Source: a virus | Reading direction: 5' to 3' (one strand) | Virus genome (UHGV): UHGV-1366976 | DNA: 64,000 bases | Shown here: positions 19,250 to 30,700 of the stretch, piece after piece | Position numbering within the stretch: position 1 is the first letter of the stretch | Layout of the letters: every line of letters starts with the position of its first letter | Notes under the pieces: model-generated | Told to the model about the DNA's origin: nothing | Seen by the model: only the letters and a program-made list of their open reading frames with translations | The model's database searches: none | Position numbers and translations under genes: made by a program

Positions 19250-19839
19250 GACATTTGATGAGTAAACTATTTGGAACCTCTGGATATGATTCAGATATGT
19301 TTAGTGATCAATTCAAACAAGACTTTGAGAACAAAGGCTTCAAGAATATGAGAAACTATAATGATGATATGAACATGTCTAGAAGATATTCTAATAAACC
19401 ATTTGAACAAGAATCTATGCATAATAGGTTTTCTGAGAAAAGTGGTAAAGAAAAAGAATATTGTGATATTAGAATGATGGAACATGTTAAAGAACATGGA
19501 TATCATTTAGATAAAGAAATGCTTGAATGTGGTCTGCTTCTATTAGATTTTGAAGATGATGAGCCTTGGTCAGTTGAAGAAACTGAAAGAGCTAGGAAAA
19601 ATAATAATCTACATTTTACTGGAGAATTCTCTTCTGTAAATAAATATGATTTTAATTTTATTATGAACAAGAAGAAAGCTAAAGAAAAATATGAAGGTAA
19701 GTCTATTAATGAACTTGCTTATAATACATATAAGTCTTTAACTGATGATTCTTTTCCATATCCTGAAGCTAAGGCATATTTTATTTTCTTGACATATCTA
19801 TATGGAACTATGGCAGAAAAACATAAACTATTCAGGTAA
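19246..19839 (+). CDS. hypothetical protein (197 aa)
   Basis: Its start overlaps the upstream stop. It is followed by a hairpin plus T-run. Confidence 0.5.
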   Translation: MRHLMSKLFGTSGYDSDMFSDQFKQDFENKGFKNMRNYNDDMNMSRRYSNKPFEQESMHNRFSEKSGKEKEYCDIRMMEHVKEHGYHLDKEMLECGLLLLDFEDDEPWSVEETERARKNNNLHFTGEFSSVNKYDFNFIMNKKKAKEKYEGKSINELAYNTYKSLTDDSFPYPEAKAYFIFLTYLYGTMAEKHKLFR

Positions 19840-19863
19840 TTTTTTCATAATTTTATTAGGACA

Positions 19864-19897
19864 GCCCTCTATCTTAATTGATGGGGGGCATTTTTTG
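19864..19897 (+). terminator. weak hairpin (CAGCCC...GGGGGGCA) followed by TTTTTTGTTT
   Basis: A short GC stem and a T-run lie after the stop at 19839. Confidence 0.4.
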
Positions 19898-19918
19898 TTT
19901 TATATAAATTTTTAAGTT

Positions 19919-20374
19919 ATGAAGTTAGTTTTAAAAAGAATAAATAATCAAGATAACTATTGTGAAGGTAAATTATATATTGATGGCATTTATCAATGTG
20001 ATGTAATTGAAGATACTGATAGAGCTTTAAATAATGAAATGTCTATTGCAGAGATTCAATCTAAAAAAGTATATGGAGAAACTGCTATTCCTAAAGGAAC
20101 TTATCAAATTACTTTAGATGTAGTAAGTCCTAAATTTAAAAATAGATCATGGGCAACTTTCTGTGAAGGTAAACTTCCTAGACTATTAGATGTTCCTGGA
20201 TTTGAAGGTGTTTTAATACATGTGGGAAATGATCCTGTTACAGATTCACTTGGATGTATCTTAGTTGGTACTAAAGATAAAGATGGTCATATTTGTAATA
20301 GTACAAATACATTTAAAGATTTATATTATAAATTAAAATCTTCTACAGATCAAATCACAATTACTATAGAATAA
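19919..20374 (+). CDS. YkuD-fold (L,D-transpeptidase-like) cell-wall enzyme, candidate peptidoglycan hydrolase or endolysin (151 aa)
   Basis: ETAIPKGTYQI and VLIHVGNDPVTDSLGCILVG fit the YkuD catalytic pattern H-x-G...S-x-G-C-(I/V), with the catalytic Cys in the GC dipeptide. Confidence 0.4.
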   Translation: MKLVLKRINNQDNYCEGKLYIDGIYQCDVIEDTDRALNNEMSIAEIQSKKVYGETAIPKGTYQITLDVVSPKFKNRSWATFCEGKLPRLLDVPGFEGVLIHVGNDPVTDSLGCILVGTKDKDGHICNSTNTFKDLYYKLKSSTDQITITIE

Positions 20375-21102
20375 TGGAAACTATAAGAAAACATCCTCTT
20401 TTTAATATTTGGAGAGGTTTTAGATATACTACTAAAGGGCAAAAAGTAGGCTTTAGTGAAGAGTGGAAATACTATAATAATTTCTTTAATGACACTATCC
20501 AATATTATATTCCTAATTATAGATTAGTTAGAAAAGATAAAACAAAACCTTTTTCAAAAAATAATTTTATATTCCTCCCAGAAGAAGAAGTTGCTACTTT
20601 AAAAAATAATGTTATAAAAATAACTTATAATAATGAAACTCACACAATTCAAGAATGGGCAGATATTTTAGAAAAAAGTGTTATGGGAATAAGGACTAGG
20701 TATCATAACAATAAAAACTATACTATAGAAGAAATTTTATTTGGAAAAAAGAGACTTTCAAAAAGAAATTTAATGAATCCAAAAGAACTTAAAGAAGCAG
20801 ATTTAAAAAAGAAAGCTTCTAAAATGTTATCTTCTTATAAACTAAAAGACTGGAAAAAAGATTTACAATTCAATTTAGATAGAGAATGGTTTATAGAAAA
20901 CATTTTAAAAAGTAAATGTATTTATTGTGGAGATACTAATAATTTGGGATGTGATAGAATAGACAATAATAAAGGACATACTTATGATAATGTAGTCCCT
21001 TGTTGTTATACTTGTAATATAGCAAGAGGAAATAATTTTTCATTTGAAGAAATGAAGATATTAGGAAAAACAATAAAAGAAATTAAAGAAAATAGAACAT
21101 GA
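20374..21102 (+). CDS. free-standing HNH endonuclease (242 aa)
   Basis: C-terminal CIYCGDTNNLGCDRIDNNKGHTYDNVVPCCYTCNIARGN is a canonical HNH zinc-finger nuclease motif (C-x2-C...D-x-I-D-N...H...C-C-x2-C-N). Confidence 0.7.
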   Translation: METIRKHPLFNIWRGFRYTTKGQKVGFSEEWKYYNNFFNDTIQYYIPNYRLVRKDKTKPFSKNNFIFLPEEEVATLKNNVIKITYNNETHTIQEWADILEKSVMGIRTRYHNNKNYTIEEILFGKKRLSKRNLMNPKELKEADLKKKASKMLSSYKLKDWKKDLQFNLDREWFIENILKSKCIYCGDTNNLGCDRIDNNKGHTYDNVVPCCYTCNIARGNNFSFEEMKILGKTIKEIKENRT

Positions 21103-21725
21103 ATATAAAATGGAAATTATACTTAGGAGTATTTATAGTACTCCTAGGTTTAATATGTACTATTAGTTTTCAAGCTAAATATATTAAAAAACAGAAAGCT
21201 AATATAGAAAGATTATCTCATAATCAAGAAGCTCTCACTACAGAAATAATTAATTTCAAAACTAAAGATTCTCTTAATGCTGCTACTATTAAATCTTTAA
21301 TAGTAACTACTAATGAATTTAAACATATTAATGATGATTCTAAAAAACAAATAGAGGCTCTAAATATTAAATATAAGAGACTTTTAAAAGTTAATCAAAC
21401 AATTACTCAAGAGAATCAAAATCTCCTCTTAAATAAGGTAATAGACACCTTATATCTTAAAGATACAATCATAAAAACAATAAAAGCAACATATAGATCT
21501 CCATATCTAGATTTAGATGTTATAGATTTAGGAAAACAATATAAAATAGAATATCAATCTAGAGATACTATAGATCAGATATTAGAAAATATTCCTAAGA
21601 AATTCTTATTTATAAAATATGGAACAAAGGGGTTTAAAACAACATATGTAAATAGAAATCCTAATGCTAAAATTATAGGAGCAACAGATTATGTATTTAA
21701 AAATAAAGTTTGGAAAAAGCTATAA
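21099..21725 (+). CDS. type II membrane protein with a periplasmic coiled coil (i-spanin-like or lysis-associated, 208 aa)
   Basis: The N-terminus is a signal-anchor (KWKLYLGVFIVLLGLICTISF), followed by a long heptad-rich region. Confidence 0.4.
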   Translation: MNIKWKLYLGVFIVLLGLICTISFQAKYIKKQKANIERLSHNQEALTTEIINFKTKDSLNAATIKSLIVTTNEFKHINDDSKKQIEALNIKYKRLLKVNQTITQENQNLLLNKVIDTLYLKDTIIKTIKATYRSPYLDLDVIDLGKQYKIEYQSRDTIDQILENIPKKFLFIKYGTKGFKTTYVNRNPNAKIIGATDYVFKNKVWKKL

Positions 21726-21740
21726 AATGTTGTATCTTTG
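21709..21740 (+). promoter_or_regulatory. Bacteroidetes-type promoter: TTTG (21709-21712), 20-nt spacer, TATCTTTG (21733-21740)
   Basis: An exact consensus match lies 24 nt upstream of the ATG at 21764. Confidence 0.6.
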
Positions 21741-21763
21741 TAAATTAATTTAAATAAAATAGA

Positions 21764-22447
21764 ATGAAAACAAGAGAACTAATATTTAGAGTATTACAGT
21801 TCTTATCTATTAATTCAGATGATTCTATACAAGATTTTTCTGAAGAATATATTTATAATATTTTAATAGATAAAAGAGCTTTTCTTCTAAAGCAACACTA
21901 CAAGGATGCTAGAAAATCTGTACCTAGGTCTTGTTATCAAACATTAAATGTTCCTTTAGAAAAAATTAGAGTTGTTCCTGATCTTAAATATTCAGAAGTA
22001 TTATTAAGATCAGTAGATAAAATACCTGAAATGGTAGATTTTGCACAAGAAGCTGGAGTAGCTACTACTATTATAATGAGTACAGATTACACAGCAATTC
22101 CTTTTAATTTAGTTACATTTGAAAGATTGCCTACTGTTGGATCTAATAGATGGACAAAAGATTTATTATATGTAGCATTAGGAAATGAAAGATTATATTT
22201 AAAATCTTTTAATTCATCTTTTACTAATCTAACTAAAGTTTTAATATTTGGAGTTTTTTCTGATCCTTCTCAAGTGTATTATGCTAATGGAAATGAAGGA
22301 GATTACTATGAAGAAGAATTTCCTATTAATAATTCTATGGTAGATCCTATTATTAAATTAACATTAGAAGAACTTACTAGAATACAAAGACCTAAAGATG
22401 TTATTAATGATGGAGAAGGAATTGAAGATCAAAGATCTAGAGTATAA
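21764..22447 (+). CDS. hypothetical protein (227 aa)
   Basis: ORF downstream of a consensus promoter. It is the first gene of the operon that runs into the giant ORFs. Confidence 0.55.
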   Translation: MKTRELIFRVLQFLSINSDDSIQDFSEEYIYNILIDKRAFLLKQHYKDARKSVPRSCYQTLNVPLEKIRVVPDLKYSEVLLRSVDKIPEMVDFAQEAGVATTIIMSTDYTAIPFNLVTFERLPTVGSNRWTKDLLYVALGNERLYLKSFNSSFTNLTKVLIFGVFSDPSQVYYANGNEGDYYEEEFPINNSMVDPIIKLTLEELTRIQRPKDVINDGEGIEDQRSRV

Positions 22448-22449
22448 TT

Positions 22450-22977
22450 ATGAGTGAACAAAGAGAACATAAATTTAAGAATTCATATAGTTGTAAAGAT
22501 TATTGGCAATATTATTGTAAGAATTGTAAAAAAATTCCATATAAAAAATATAAAGAAATTTTAGATTTTATTATGGAACAATATTCTTTCCTTATTTCTG
22601 AAAAAGCTATGGATATAAAGTTTCCTTATAGATTAGGACAAATAAGAATTAGGAAATATTTTAAAAGTCCTAAATTTGAAGGAGGAGAATTAGTTAATAA
22701 TCTTCCTATAAATTATAAAGCTACTAAAGAATTATGGGAATCTGATCCAGAAGCTAAAGAGAATAAACAAGTTATTTATCTGTTAAATCAACATTCTGAT
22801 GGTTATATGTATCAGATAAGATATACTGTTTCAGATATTGCTAATAGATATGATAAACTAAGATTTTTGAAATATAAACCTGCTAGAATAATGTCTAGAC
22901 AGTTTTCTAAAAATATCAGGGAACATAAAATAGATGCATTAGAACAAGAGAAATATGAGATATGTAAAACTAGTTGA
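22450..22977 (+). CDS. hypothetical Lys-rich protein with an N-terminal Cys cluster (175 aa)
   Basis: CKDYWQYYCKNCKK is a possible zinc-binding motif. The protein is basic. Confidence 0.5.
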   Translation: MSEQREHKFKNSYSCKDYWQYYCKNCKKIPYKKYKEILDFIMEQYSFLISEKAMDIKFPYRLGQIRIRKYFKSPKFEGGELVNNLPINYKATKELWESDPEAKENKQVIYLLNQHSDGYMYQIRYTVSDIANRYDKLRFLKYKPARIMSRQFSKNIREHKIDALEQEKYEICKTS

Positions 22978-23665
22978 ACTGTTAGATAGACTTAAAAGTA
23001 ATAATATAATGGCAGATTTAAATTATGAAGCAGTTGTAATTTATGTTACTGACTTCTTTCAGATATTAAATTCTCCAAAGTTACTTAGAGATTATAAAAC
23101 AGATTTAGATATAGAAATAAAAGATTACATGGGTAAACTACCTTGTAATTTTGTTAAAGAAGTACAATTAAGAATGAGGCATCATAATAATGATAAAGCT
23201 TTCATTCCAATGAGAAGATCTACAGATACATTTCATCCTACAGGAAAACAATATTGTTATCAAGAAGGTCCATCTGATTTAACTTATACAATTAATAATG
23301 GAATGATTTATACTTCTTTTAGAAATGGATTTGTTGAAATGGCATATAGAGGTATAGTAGTAGATGAAGATGGAATGCCTATGGTTCCTGAAAACTTTGC
23401 TATTATGAGAGCTTTAATTGATTATATTAAAGTTCAATATTATACCATACTAGTAGAAAATATGAGAATGCCTTATCAAGTACTTCAAATGGTAGAACAA
23501 AGATATGCTTGGTCTATTGGTAGAGCTAGTACTCAATTACATCAAATGTCATTAGATGAAGCAGAAAACTTTACAAACATAGTTAATAGACTTATTCCTG
23601 ATTTAAAACAGCATGATAAATATTATGCATCATTAGGAAGTAAGGAATATTTAAGAACACAATAA
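22955..23665 (+). CDS. hypothetical protein (236 aa); the true start may be the internal Met at MADLNYEAV
   Basis: ORF that overlaps the previous gene by 23 nt. Confidence 0.5.
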   Translation: MRYVKLVELLDRLKSNNIMADLNYEAVVIYVTDFFQILNSPKLLRDYKTDLDIEIKDYMGKLPCNFVKEVQLRMRHHNNDKAFIPMRRSTDTFHPTGKQYCYQEGPSDLTYTINNGMIYTSFRNGFVEMAYRGIVVDEDGMPMVPENFAIMRALIDYIKVQYYTILVENMRMPYQVLQMVEQRYAWSIGRASTQLHQMSLDEAENFTNIVNRLIPDLKQHDKYYASLGSKEYLRTQ

Positions 23666-23666
23666 T

Positions 23667-26600
23667 ATGGGAATACCTAAGATTGAAAAACATTTGATTA
23701 AGGGAATTAATCAAGATATCTCAAAATCTAAGTTTAGCAATGAATATGCTTATGAAATAAGAAATGCCAGACTATTAGCTACAGATAGTCAAACTACTTT
23801 TGCTGTAACTAATGAAAGAGGTAATAAAGAATATATTATAACAGATAATAAAGGAAATACTTTAGCAATTAAAGGAATCATATTAGGACATTGTGAAGTT
23901 AAAAATTATATAGTATTATTTACACATCAAGAAAATCCTGCTATTGATGGAATTTATAGAATAGATACAGAAACTAATCAAATGATTACTATCTTAGAAG
24001 GAAATATGAATTTTAATATTCAACATAAGATAGAAACCATAGGATGGTATGAATCTGATTCTATTATAAAAGTATACTGGATAGATGGTTTAAATCAACC
24101 TAGATATGTAAATATAGCAGATGGAGCTGAGAATGATATTAATATTATAGATTTTGTTCCTGAAGTTAGTTATGGTAATATTCAAGTAAGTCAAACTACT
24201 GGAGGATTTTTTACTGCAGGGATGGTTCAATATGGATATAATTTATATAGAAAATATGGAGCTCAATCTAAACTTAGTGGTTTAAGTGAATTATATGCTA
24301 TTACTAGTACAGGTAAGGGATATGAAAAAGATACTAGTGTTCCTGTAGCTTTTGATATAACAATAGGAGGAATTCCTAAACAAGGATTTTCTAATATAAA
24401 ATTATATAGAATACATAGAACTGAATATAATAGTCTTCCTAAGATTAGTCTTATCTATGATGGTAAATTAGAAGATGAATATATCAAAGATGGAAATACT
24501 AAAATTCCTACAGGAAATCTAACATTAAATTATAAAGATAATGGTCAAGTATCATTAGAAGATATATCATTAGAACAATTATCTTTTTTAGGATCAGACT
24601 TTTTAATTCCTAATTGTATTGCTCAACATTCAAATAGATTAATATTTGCTAATTATAAAGAAGAACATAGTAACTTACAAGATTTAACAGATCCTAATGG
24701 TAGATATAAATTTTCTGGAGCTAAAGAAATGGAGGCTGTTAATGGTAGTTACAAAAGTTCTGATAATGATTTAATTAATGCAGGACCTGAATTAATTAGA
24801 TATACTATAGGAGCTGAAACTCAAATTATAGATACATATACTACATTACCTCCAGAACAACAAAATTTTACCCAAGATATTAATAATACTACAGTTACTG
24901 CTAATGAAACTTGGAAAGGAAACATACAATCTAGTTTAAAATATAATCCATATCAGGAAGGACAAAAAGGTAAGATTAAAACATCTTTTAAAAGAGGAGA
25001 GAAATATAGATTTGGAATACAATTCTGTAATAAATATGGACAATGGATGGAAGTTATTTATTTAGCAGATATTAAAATTCCTAGAGATAAAAAATCTACT
25101 AATCCAAGAGGAAATTTAGAAACTTATACTATAGAACCTTTTAATGAAATAGAAAATGGATTAAATGTTAATATATCTGCTAACTATTCTAGAATAACAT
25201 TCACATTACCTATAAGTCTTTGCAAGATACTAGTACAAGATTTTGATATTGTTAGAGCTAGAATAGTTAGAGTAAAAAGAGATTTTTCTAACTCAAGTAT
25301 ATTATCTCAAGGTATATTAACTCCCACTATATTTCAAAGAACTCAAAGAGATACTGGTTTTTGGGCTATGCCTGATTATTTATCTAGAAATATGGGTATT
25401 AATAGTCCAGAGAAAAAAATTAAAGCTCCATCTAATAGAATGCCTACACATGCAATATTTCCAGCAAAAGGAGTATTTCAACCTTTATGTGGAAGAGCAG
25501 ATGATGGTACTTATGATAATATAGAGTTAGATGCTAAAGATTCTACTTTTTATACTCCTGTTAGTATAGTTACTGAAGCTACAGATCCAAACTATTGTGT
25601 TTATGGAGATAGTAGTATTGTTAATATGTGGTCTCCTGAAATATCTTTTCCAGATCAACCTCAATTAGATTTAAATTCTTGTAGAATTCAACTAGTTGGA
25701 AGAACTTTTAATAGATGGACATTATCATCAACAGTTACATTAGATACTACTAATAATAAGAATATTACTGTGAGTGCTAGTGTTCCTGGATATGAAGATA
25801 GAATATTAACCTATTTAAGACCAGGATCAGGCAGTAATGGAGAAGGATTAATATTTACATATGACAGTCCAACTAATAACCATAAAATATCTTATTTTAG
25901 AGCTTATTATGGATTTGATTCTGTTTTATCTCAAAGTAAAGATCCTTTTATTTTATTAGAGACAGATAATGATAAACAATATGGTGGAGCTAACAATGGT
26001 ACTGTTGATTTATTTATGAAGAATATAGGTAAATCTATAAAATATAATTCAGATATAGATCTTCATTATACTGATAGAGATGCTACTAAAACTTTAACAT
26101 ATCATGGTAAAACATCTCAACATATAGTTTTTCCTGCAGTTGTTGAAAAAGATGGGTGGAATGGAATTCAACCTTATTATCATTTTCAAGCTAGAACAGA
26201 TGAAATAGTAGGAAGAGATAATTTTACTGCCTACAATGGTATTGTTTATGATTCTATGTCTGATATTACTGCCACTAGTGGATATTCTTGGACTACTAAA
26301 GAATATCCTATAGTAGAATTAGCTAGAAAAATTGGAGATGATGATAATCAATATGGAGAAAAAGATAATAACAATAATTTATATATAGTGTGTAGTAAAG
26401 AAGTTCCTATAGAATATTCTAGTACTATACAGAAACCTATTGATATTATTGCAGATCAAGGAGATATTTATCTACAAAGATTTAATCTTTTAAAATCATA
26501 TATTACAGATACACAAGCTACAAATGGAGTTGCAGAAGTGCTATCATTTATGGTAGAATCTACTATAGACTTAGATAGAAGAATAGATAACTCAGATAAA

Positions 26601-27749
26601 TTAACTGATATTAAATATACACAACCTGAACAATATTATAAATTTAATGAAGTATATAATCAGTTAAATGATCTATTTACTTATTCTCAAATACCTTCAG
26701 ATGTAGATGTACAAACTAACTTTCCTAATAAGATAATTGCTAGTAGTACTAAAACATTAGGATCTAAAATAGACAATGCTACTAATATTCTTCAAAATGA
26801 ATTTATAGATCTTGATGGTCAATATGGTGAAATTAGAAAATTACAAGAATTTAACAGTTTCATGTATGGATTTCAAGATACTGCTGTAAGTTATCTTATT
26901 ATTAATCCTAGAGTTCAATTAACTCCTTCAGATGGAGTGCCTATTGAATTAGGAACTGGACAATTCTTATCTGATAAAAGATATATTACTACTAAATCTG
27001 GAACTACTAATAAATGGGGTATATGTTCTTCTAATACTGGAATCTATTATATAGATGATACTAATAGTTCTATTAATAAGATTACAGGAGAAGGAATGCA
27101 AGATATCTCTACTAATTATGGGTTCCACTCATATATGTCTAATATAGATTTATCTCAAGATTTTAATTCTTTCTTCCATAATAATAATGATGAAATATAT
27201 TTTAATTTTAAAGATACAGAGTCATTAATATTTAGTGAAGCTGCTAATGCTTTTACTGAATTTATGGATATTACACCAAATATATTTATTAATTATAAAG
27301 ATACTTTTTTAACAGATCATATAGTAAATAATATAGAACATTTATATCTTCAATTTGAAGGAGACTATAATAGTTTTTATGGAGAATTAAAAGATAGTTC
27401 TATTACTATTATATCTAATGAAAATTATGATTTAGATAAAACATATGATAACATAGAATTTAGATCTGAATGCTATTCTTTGGAAAATAATAAATGGGAT
27501 AAAGATGTATATAATGAAACATATAATTATATACATTCTTGGAATGAGAGACAAAATTCAGAAGAAATTCCATTAATATTTGGTAATAATCTAAAAGAAA
27601 GATTTAGAATATGGAGAACACCTATTCCTAGACATTCAAAATCTTTAATTAGAATGAGAAATGGATGGCAGTTTATTAAGCTAGGATTAAAGAATGATAA
27701 TAATAGGAAAGTTATATTACATGATATTAATGTTAAATATTCTATATAA
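23667..27749 (+). CDS. giant virion protein 1 (1360 aa), probably a structural or ejected protein
   Basis: Uninterrupted 4-kb ORF whose start overlaps the upstream stop (TAATATG). I recognise no motif. Confidence 0.65.
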   Translation: MGIPKIEKHLIKGINQDISKSKFSNEYAYEIRNARLLATDSQTTFAVTNERGNKEYIITDNKGNTLAIKGIILGHCEVKNYIVLFTHQENPAIDGIYRIDTETNQMITILEGNMNFNIQHKIETIGWYESDSIIKVYWIDGLNQPRYVNIADGAENDINIIDFVPEVSYGNIQVSQTTGGFFTAGMVQYGYNLYRKYGAQSKLSGLSELYAITSTGKGYEKDTSVPVAFDITIGGIPKQGFSNIKLYRIHRTEYNSLPKISLIYDGKLEDEYIKDGNTKIPTGNLTLNYKDNGQVSLEDISLEQLSFLGSDFLIPNCIAQHSNRLIFANYKEEHSNLQDLTDPNGRYKFSGAKEMEAVNGSYKSSDNDLINAGPELIRYTIGAETQIIDTYTTLPPEQQNFTQDINNTTVTANETWKGNIQSSLKYNPYQEGQKGKIKTSFKRGEKYRFGIQFCNKYGQWMEVIYLADIKIPRDKKSTNPRGNLETYTIEPFNEIENGLNVNISANYSRITFTLPISLCKILVQDFDIVRARIVRVKRDFSNSSILSQGILTPTIFQRTQRDTGFWAMPDYLSRNMGINSPEKKIKAPSNRMPTHAIFPAKGVFQPLCGRADDGTYDNIELDAKDSTFYTPVSIVTEATDPNYCVYGDSSIVNMWSPEISFPDQPQLDLNSCRIQLVGRTFNRWTLSSTVTLDTTNNKNITVSASVPGYEDRILTYLRPGSGSNGEGLIFTYDSPTNNHKISYFRAYYGFDSVLSQSKDPFILLETDNDKQYGGANNGTVDLFMKNIGKSIKYNSDIDLHYTDRDATKTLTYHGKTSQHIVFPAVVEKDGWNGIQPYYHFQARTDEIVGRDNFTAYNGIVYDSMSDITATSGYSWTTKEYPIVELARKIGDDDNQYGEKDNNNNLYIVCSKEVPIEYSSTIQKPIDIIADQGDIYLQRFNLLKSYITDTQATNGVAEVLSFMVESTIDLDRRIDNSDKLTDIKYTQPEQYYKFNEVYNQLNDLFTYSQIPSDVDVQTNFPNKIIASSTKTLGSKIDNATNILQNEFIDLDGQYGEIRKLQEFNSFMYGFQDTAVSYLIINPRVQLTPSDGVPIELGTGQFLSDKRYITTKSGTTNKWGICSSNTGIYYIDDTNSSINKITGEGMQDISTNYGFHSYMSNIDLSQDFNSFFHNNNDEIYFNFKDTESLIFSEAANAFTEFMDITPNIFINYKDTFLTDHIVNNIEHLYLQFEGDYNSFYGELKDSSITIISNENYDLDKTYDNIEFRSECYSLENNKWDKDVYNETYNYIHSWNERQNSEEIPLIFGNNLKERFRIWRTPIPRHSKSLIRMRNGWQFIKLGLKNDNNRKVILHDINVKYSI

Positions 27750-30700
27750 TGAATAATGAAGAGTTAAGAGATATTTTAATAAAAAGACTTAGAGATAAAA
27801 TAAAAGATAAAGATTCTCCTTATAATAATCTCAAAATAAAAGAAATGATTCAAAGATTATATAATCCTGATTTTGTTAATAAACTCTCTGATTATAAATC
27901 CTTAATTACAGGAAAAAATTTTTCTGTAGATAAAGTAGAACATAATATATTAGGAGATCTTAAAAATGAAAAATCCACTTTAATGTTTAAAGAAGAAGAT
28001 GCTGATAATGCTAAAGCTTTTTATGAAGCATTAAAAGATAAATATAGTAAAAAACAAATAGCTGCTTTAATGGCATTATCTCATCAAGAAACTGCAAAAG
28101 GTGGAAATAAATATGTTAAAGGTAAAGTATGGGATCCTAATAAAATACAAGAAGGATCAGAAGGAGGAGTTGTTAATAGAGGATTATATTCTTTTGAAGA
28201 AGGAGTTGGAGATTTTAGCAATACACCTTCTAATGAAAAACCAACTTCTTATTGGTATCAAGATTGGTTAAAAGATGAAGGTAAAAATTATAAAAATCCA
28301 ATTCTAGCACAAACTGATTTCTATGTTAATAAATATTTAACAAGAATAGAAGATAAGAAAAAATATAAAGAAATATTTGACAATCCAAATTCATCTGTTG
28401 CAGAAATAACAAAAGCTTTACATGATGCACAAAGTTCTAAATCTAGTAATGCTGAATTGATGCAAAATAAAGCAGAATTTTTATATAATATATTTCCAAC
28501 AGATACTGAATTAGAATTACAAAATAAAGGATGGAATATGCCTCAAACAAATATATATAAAGATGGAGGAGGATTAAGTAGATCTAAAGATTATGGGTCT
28601 TCTAAGAAACCTTATCCTAAAGTTAAAAGTTCTGATTTTGCAGGAAAACATAGAAGTTATCCTATTCCAACTAAAGCTGATGCTAGAGATGCTTTAAGAT
28701 TGGCAGGATTACATGGTAGAAGTGATATTAAAGCTAAAGTGTATAAAAAATATCCTAGCTTAAAACATGCTAATGGAGGAGAACTATTAGGATTAGATTA
28801 TTATACTAATCAATTATATGATGGAGGACCTTTAGAATCTCCTATGGTATCTAGATCTATTATTAATCCTAATTTAACAGTTCAAGCACCTGAGACATTA
28901 ACTCAACAAGGAGTTAATCCTATAATTTCAAAACAAGGATTTAGCTTAGGAAGCATAGATCCTGTAAGTACTGTATCTAATATATCAACATTATTTTCTT
29001 CTCCTAAAATAACATCTCAAGGAGAAAACCAACAAGCTGATGTTGATGAAGAGAATAACTTTGATCCTACATATATAGATGTGTCTAAAGTTAAAAAAGA
29101 TTTTGACACTAAACAAGCTATAGGAAGTTCTGTAGGAGCAGGTGCAGGATTAGGAGCAACTGTTGGATCTATTGTTCCAGGTATAGGAACTGTAGTAGGT
29201 GGTGCTGTTGGAGCTGTAGGTGGTGCTATAGCTGGAGGTATTAAGTCTATATTTGGAAAGAAAAAAGCTAAAAGAAAAGAAAAAAGAGCTAAGAATAAAG
29301 CTAGAGGATTAAATACTATGGCTACATTAGAAAGTTATATGGGAAAAGCATATGGCTTTGCTGATGGTGGAAATATTAATAATTTAATGGGCAGAAAATA
29401 TTTTGCAGAAGGTGGTTTAACTTCTTTTAATACTGGTGGAAGTCATGAAGAATCTCCTATAGGTGGAATACCACAAGGTATAGGTGATAATGGAAATATA
29501 AACTTAGTTGAAGAAGGAGAAACTAGATATCAAGATTATATCTTTTCAGATAGATTAACTTTAGATGAAGATATAGTTAAAGAATTAAATCTTCCTTCTA
29601 ATCTAATAGGAAAAACATTTGCTGAAGCTAGTGAAATATTAGCTAAAGATATAGAAGAACATCCTAATGATCCTATTAGTAAAAGAGGATTTGAAGAAAT
29701 GATGATTAGATTACAAGCAGCAAATAATATGAAAAAAGATTTAGAAGATTCTAACACATTTGCTGAAGGTGGAAGTTTAAATGGAGAACCTATGGAACCT
29801 AGTCCTTCTATTAAAGAAGTAGAAGGTGAAGATGAAAATCTAGGTAATGAATTAAAAGAAGTTACAGATGAACAAGTAAAAAGAATAGCTGCTTCTAATA
29901 TTAAAGAGGAAAAATTAAAAGGTGGTAGAGCTTCTAAAGAAGTTAGAGAAAATGCTACTAAATTATTTGATCCTTTAGAAATATCTGTAGGTATTAAAGT
30001 TGAAATGGAACATACAGATAGTATAGAAGCTGCTAGAGAAATAGCTTTAGATCATCTAACAGAAAATAAAAATTATTATACTAGACTATATCATATAGGA
30101 TTAATTGATGAACCCATTACTGAAGAAGAAGAAAACTTTTTAAAAGAGAAATGGGCTAGAATAGAAGAAATAGAGGACTTAGATGAAGAAGATGATATAG
30201 TTGATATGCCTGAAGAAGAAGATGTCTCTAATGAGCTAGAACAGCCTTTAAATCAAGAAATGCCTATAGAACCACAGCAATTTGCAAAAGGTGGAGATTT
30301 ATTTGGTCCTAATAGAAATGGAGCTTATTTTAGAAATGGTAGATGGTATTTAAATTCAGATCCTAGATTATCTAATAAAACTAATATTAGAATGGATAAT
30401 CCTAATAGAGGAAATTATTGGAAAACAGATCCAATATATCCAATTCCACCAGAAAGACAATTGTTTAAAGTTCCTGATATTAAAGGTGGATGGAATGGTA
30501 TATTGTCTGATAATACTAAACCTTATGGGGATACTTTTAATCCTCCATTTATTAAAGGAGGAGAAGATGAAAAAACTACTGTTGAGCCAATTAAAACTAA
30601 TACTTCTACAACAAAAAAAACTAGTATTCCTTCTATTGATACTGAAGAAGAATTTGATAGAATGATGGATAGAAAATATAATTTTGGAGATTTAACAGGA

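Noticed and set aside
19291-19506. minus-strand 71-aa ORF inside 19246-19839
   Set aside because: It is antisense within the coupled three-gene cassette, with no support.
29536-29757. minus-strand 73-aa ORF inside the 1244-aa gene
   Set aside because: Antisense artefact.
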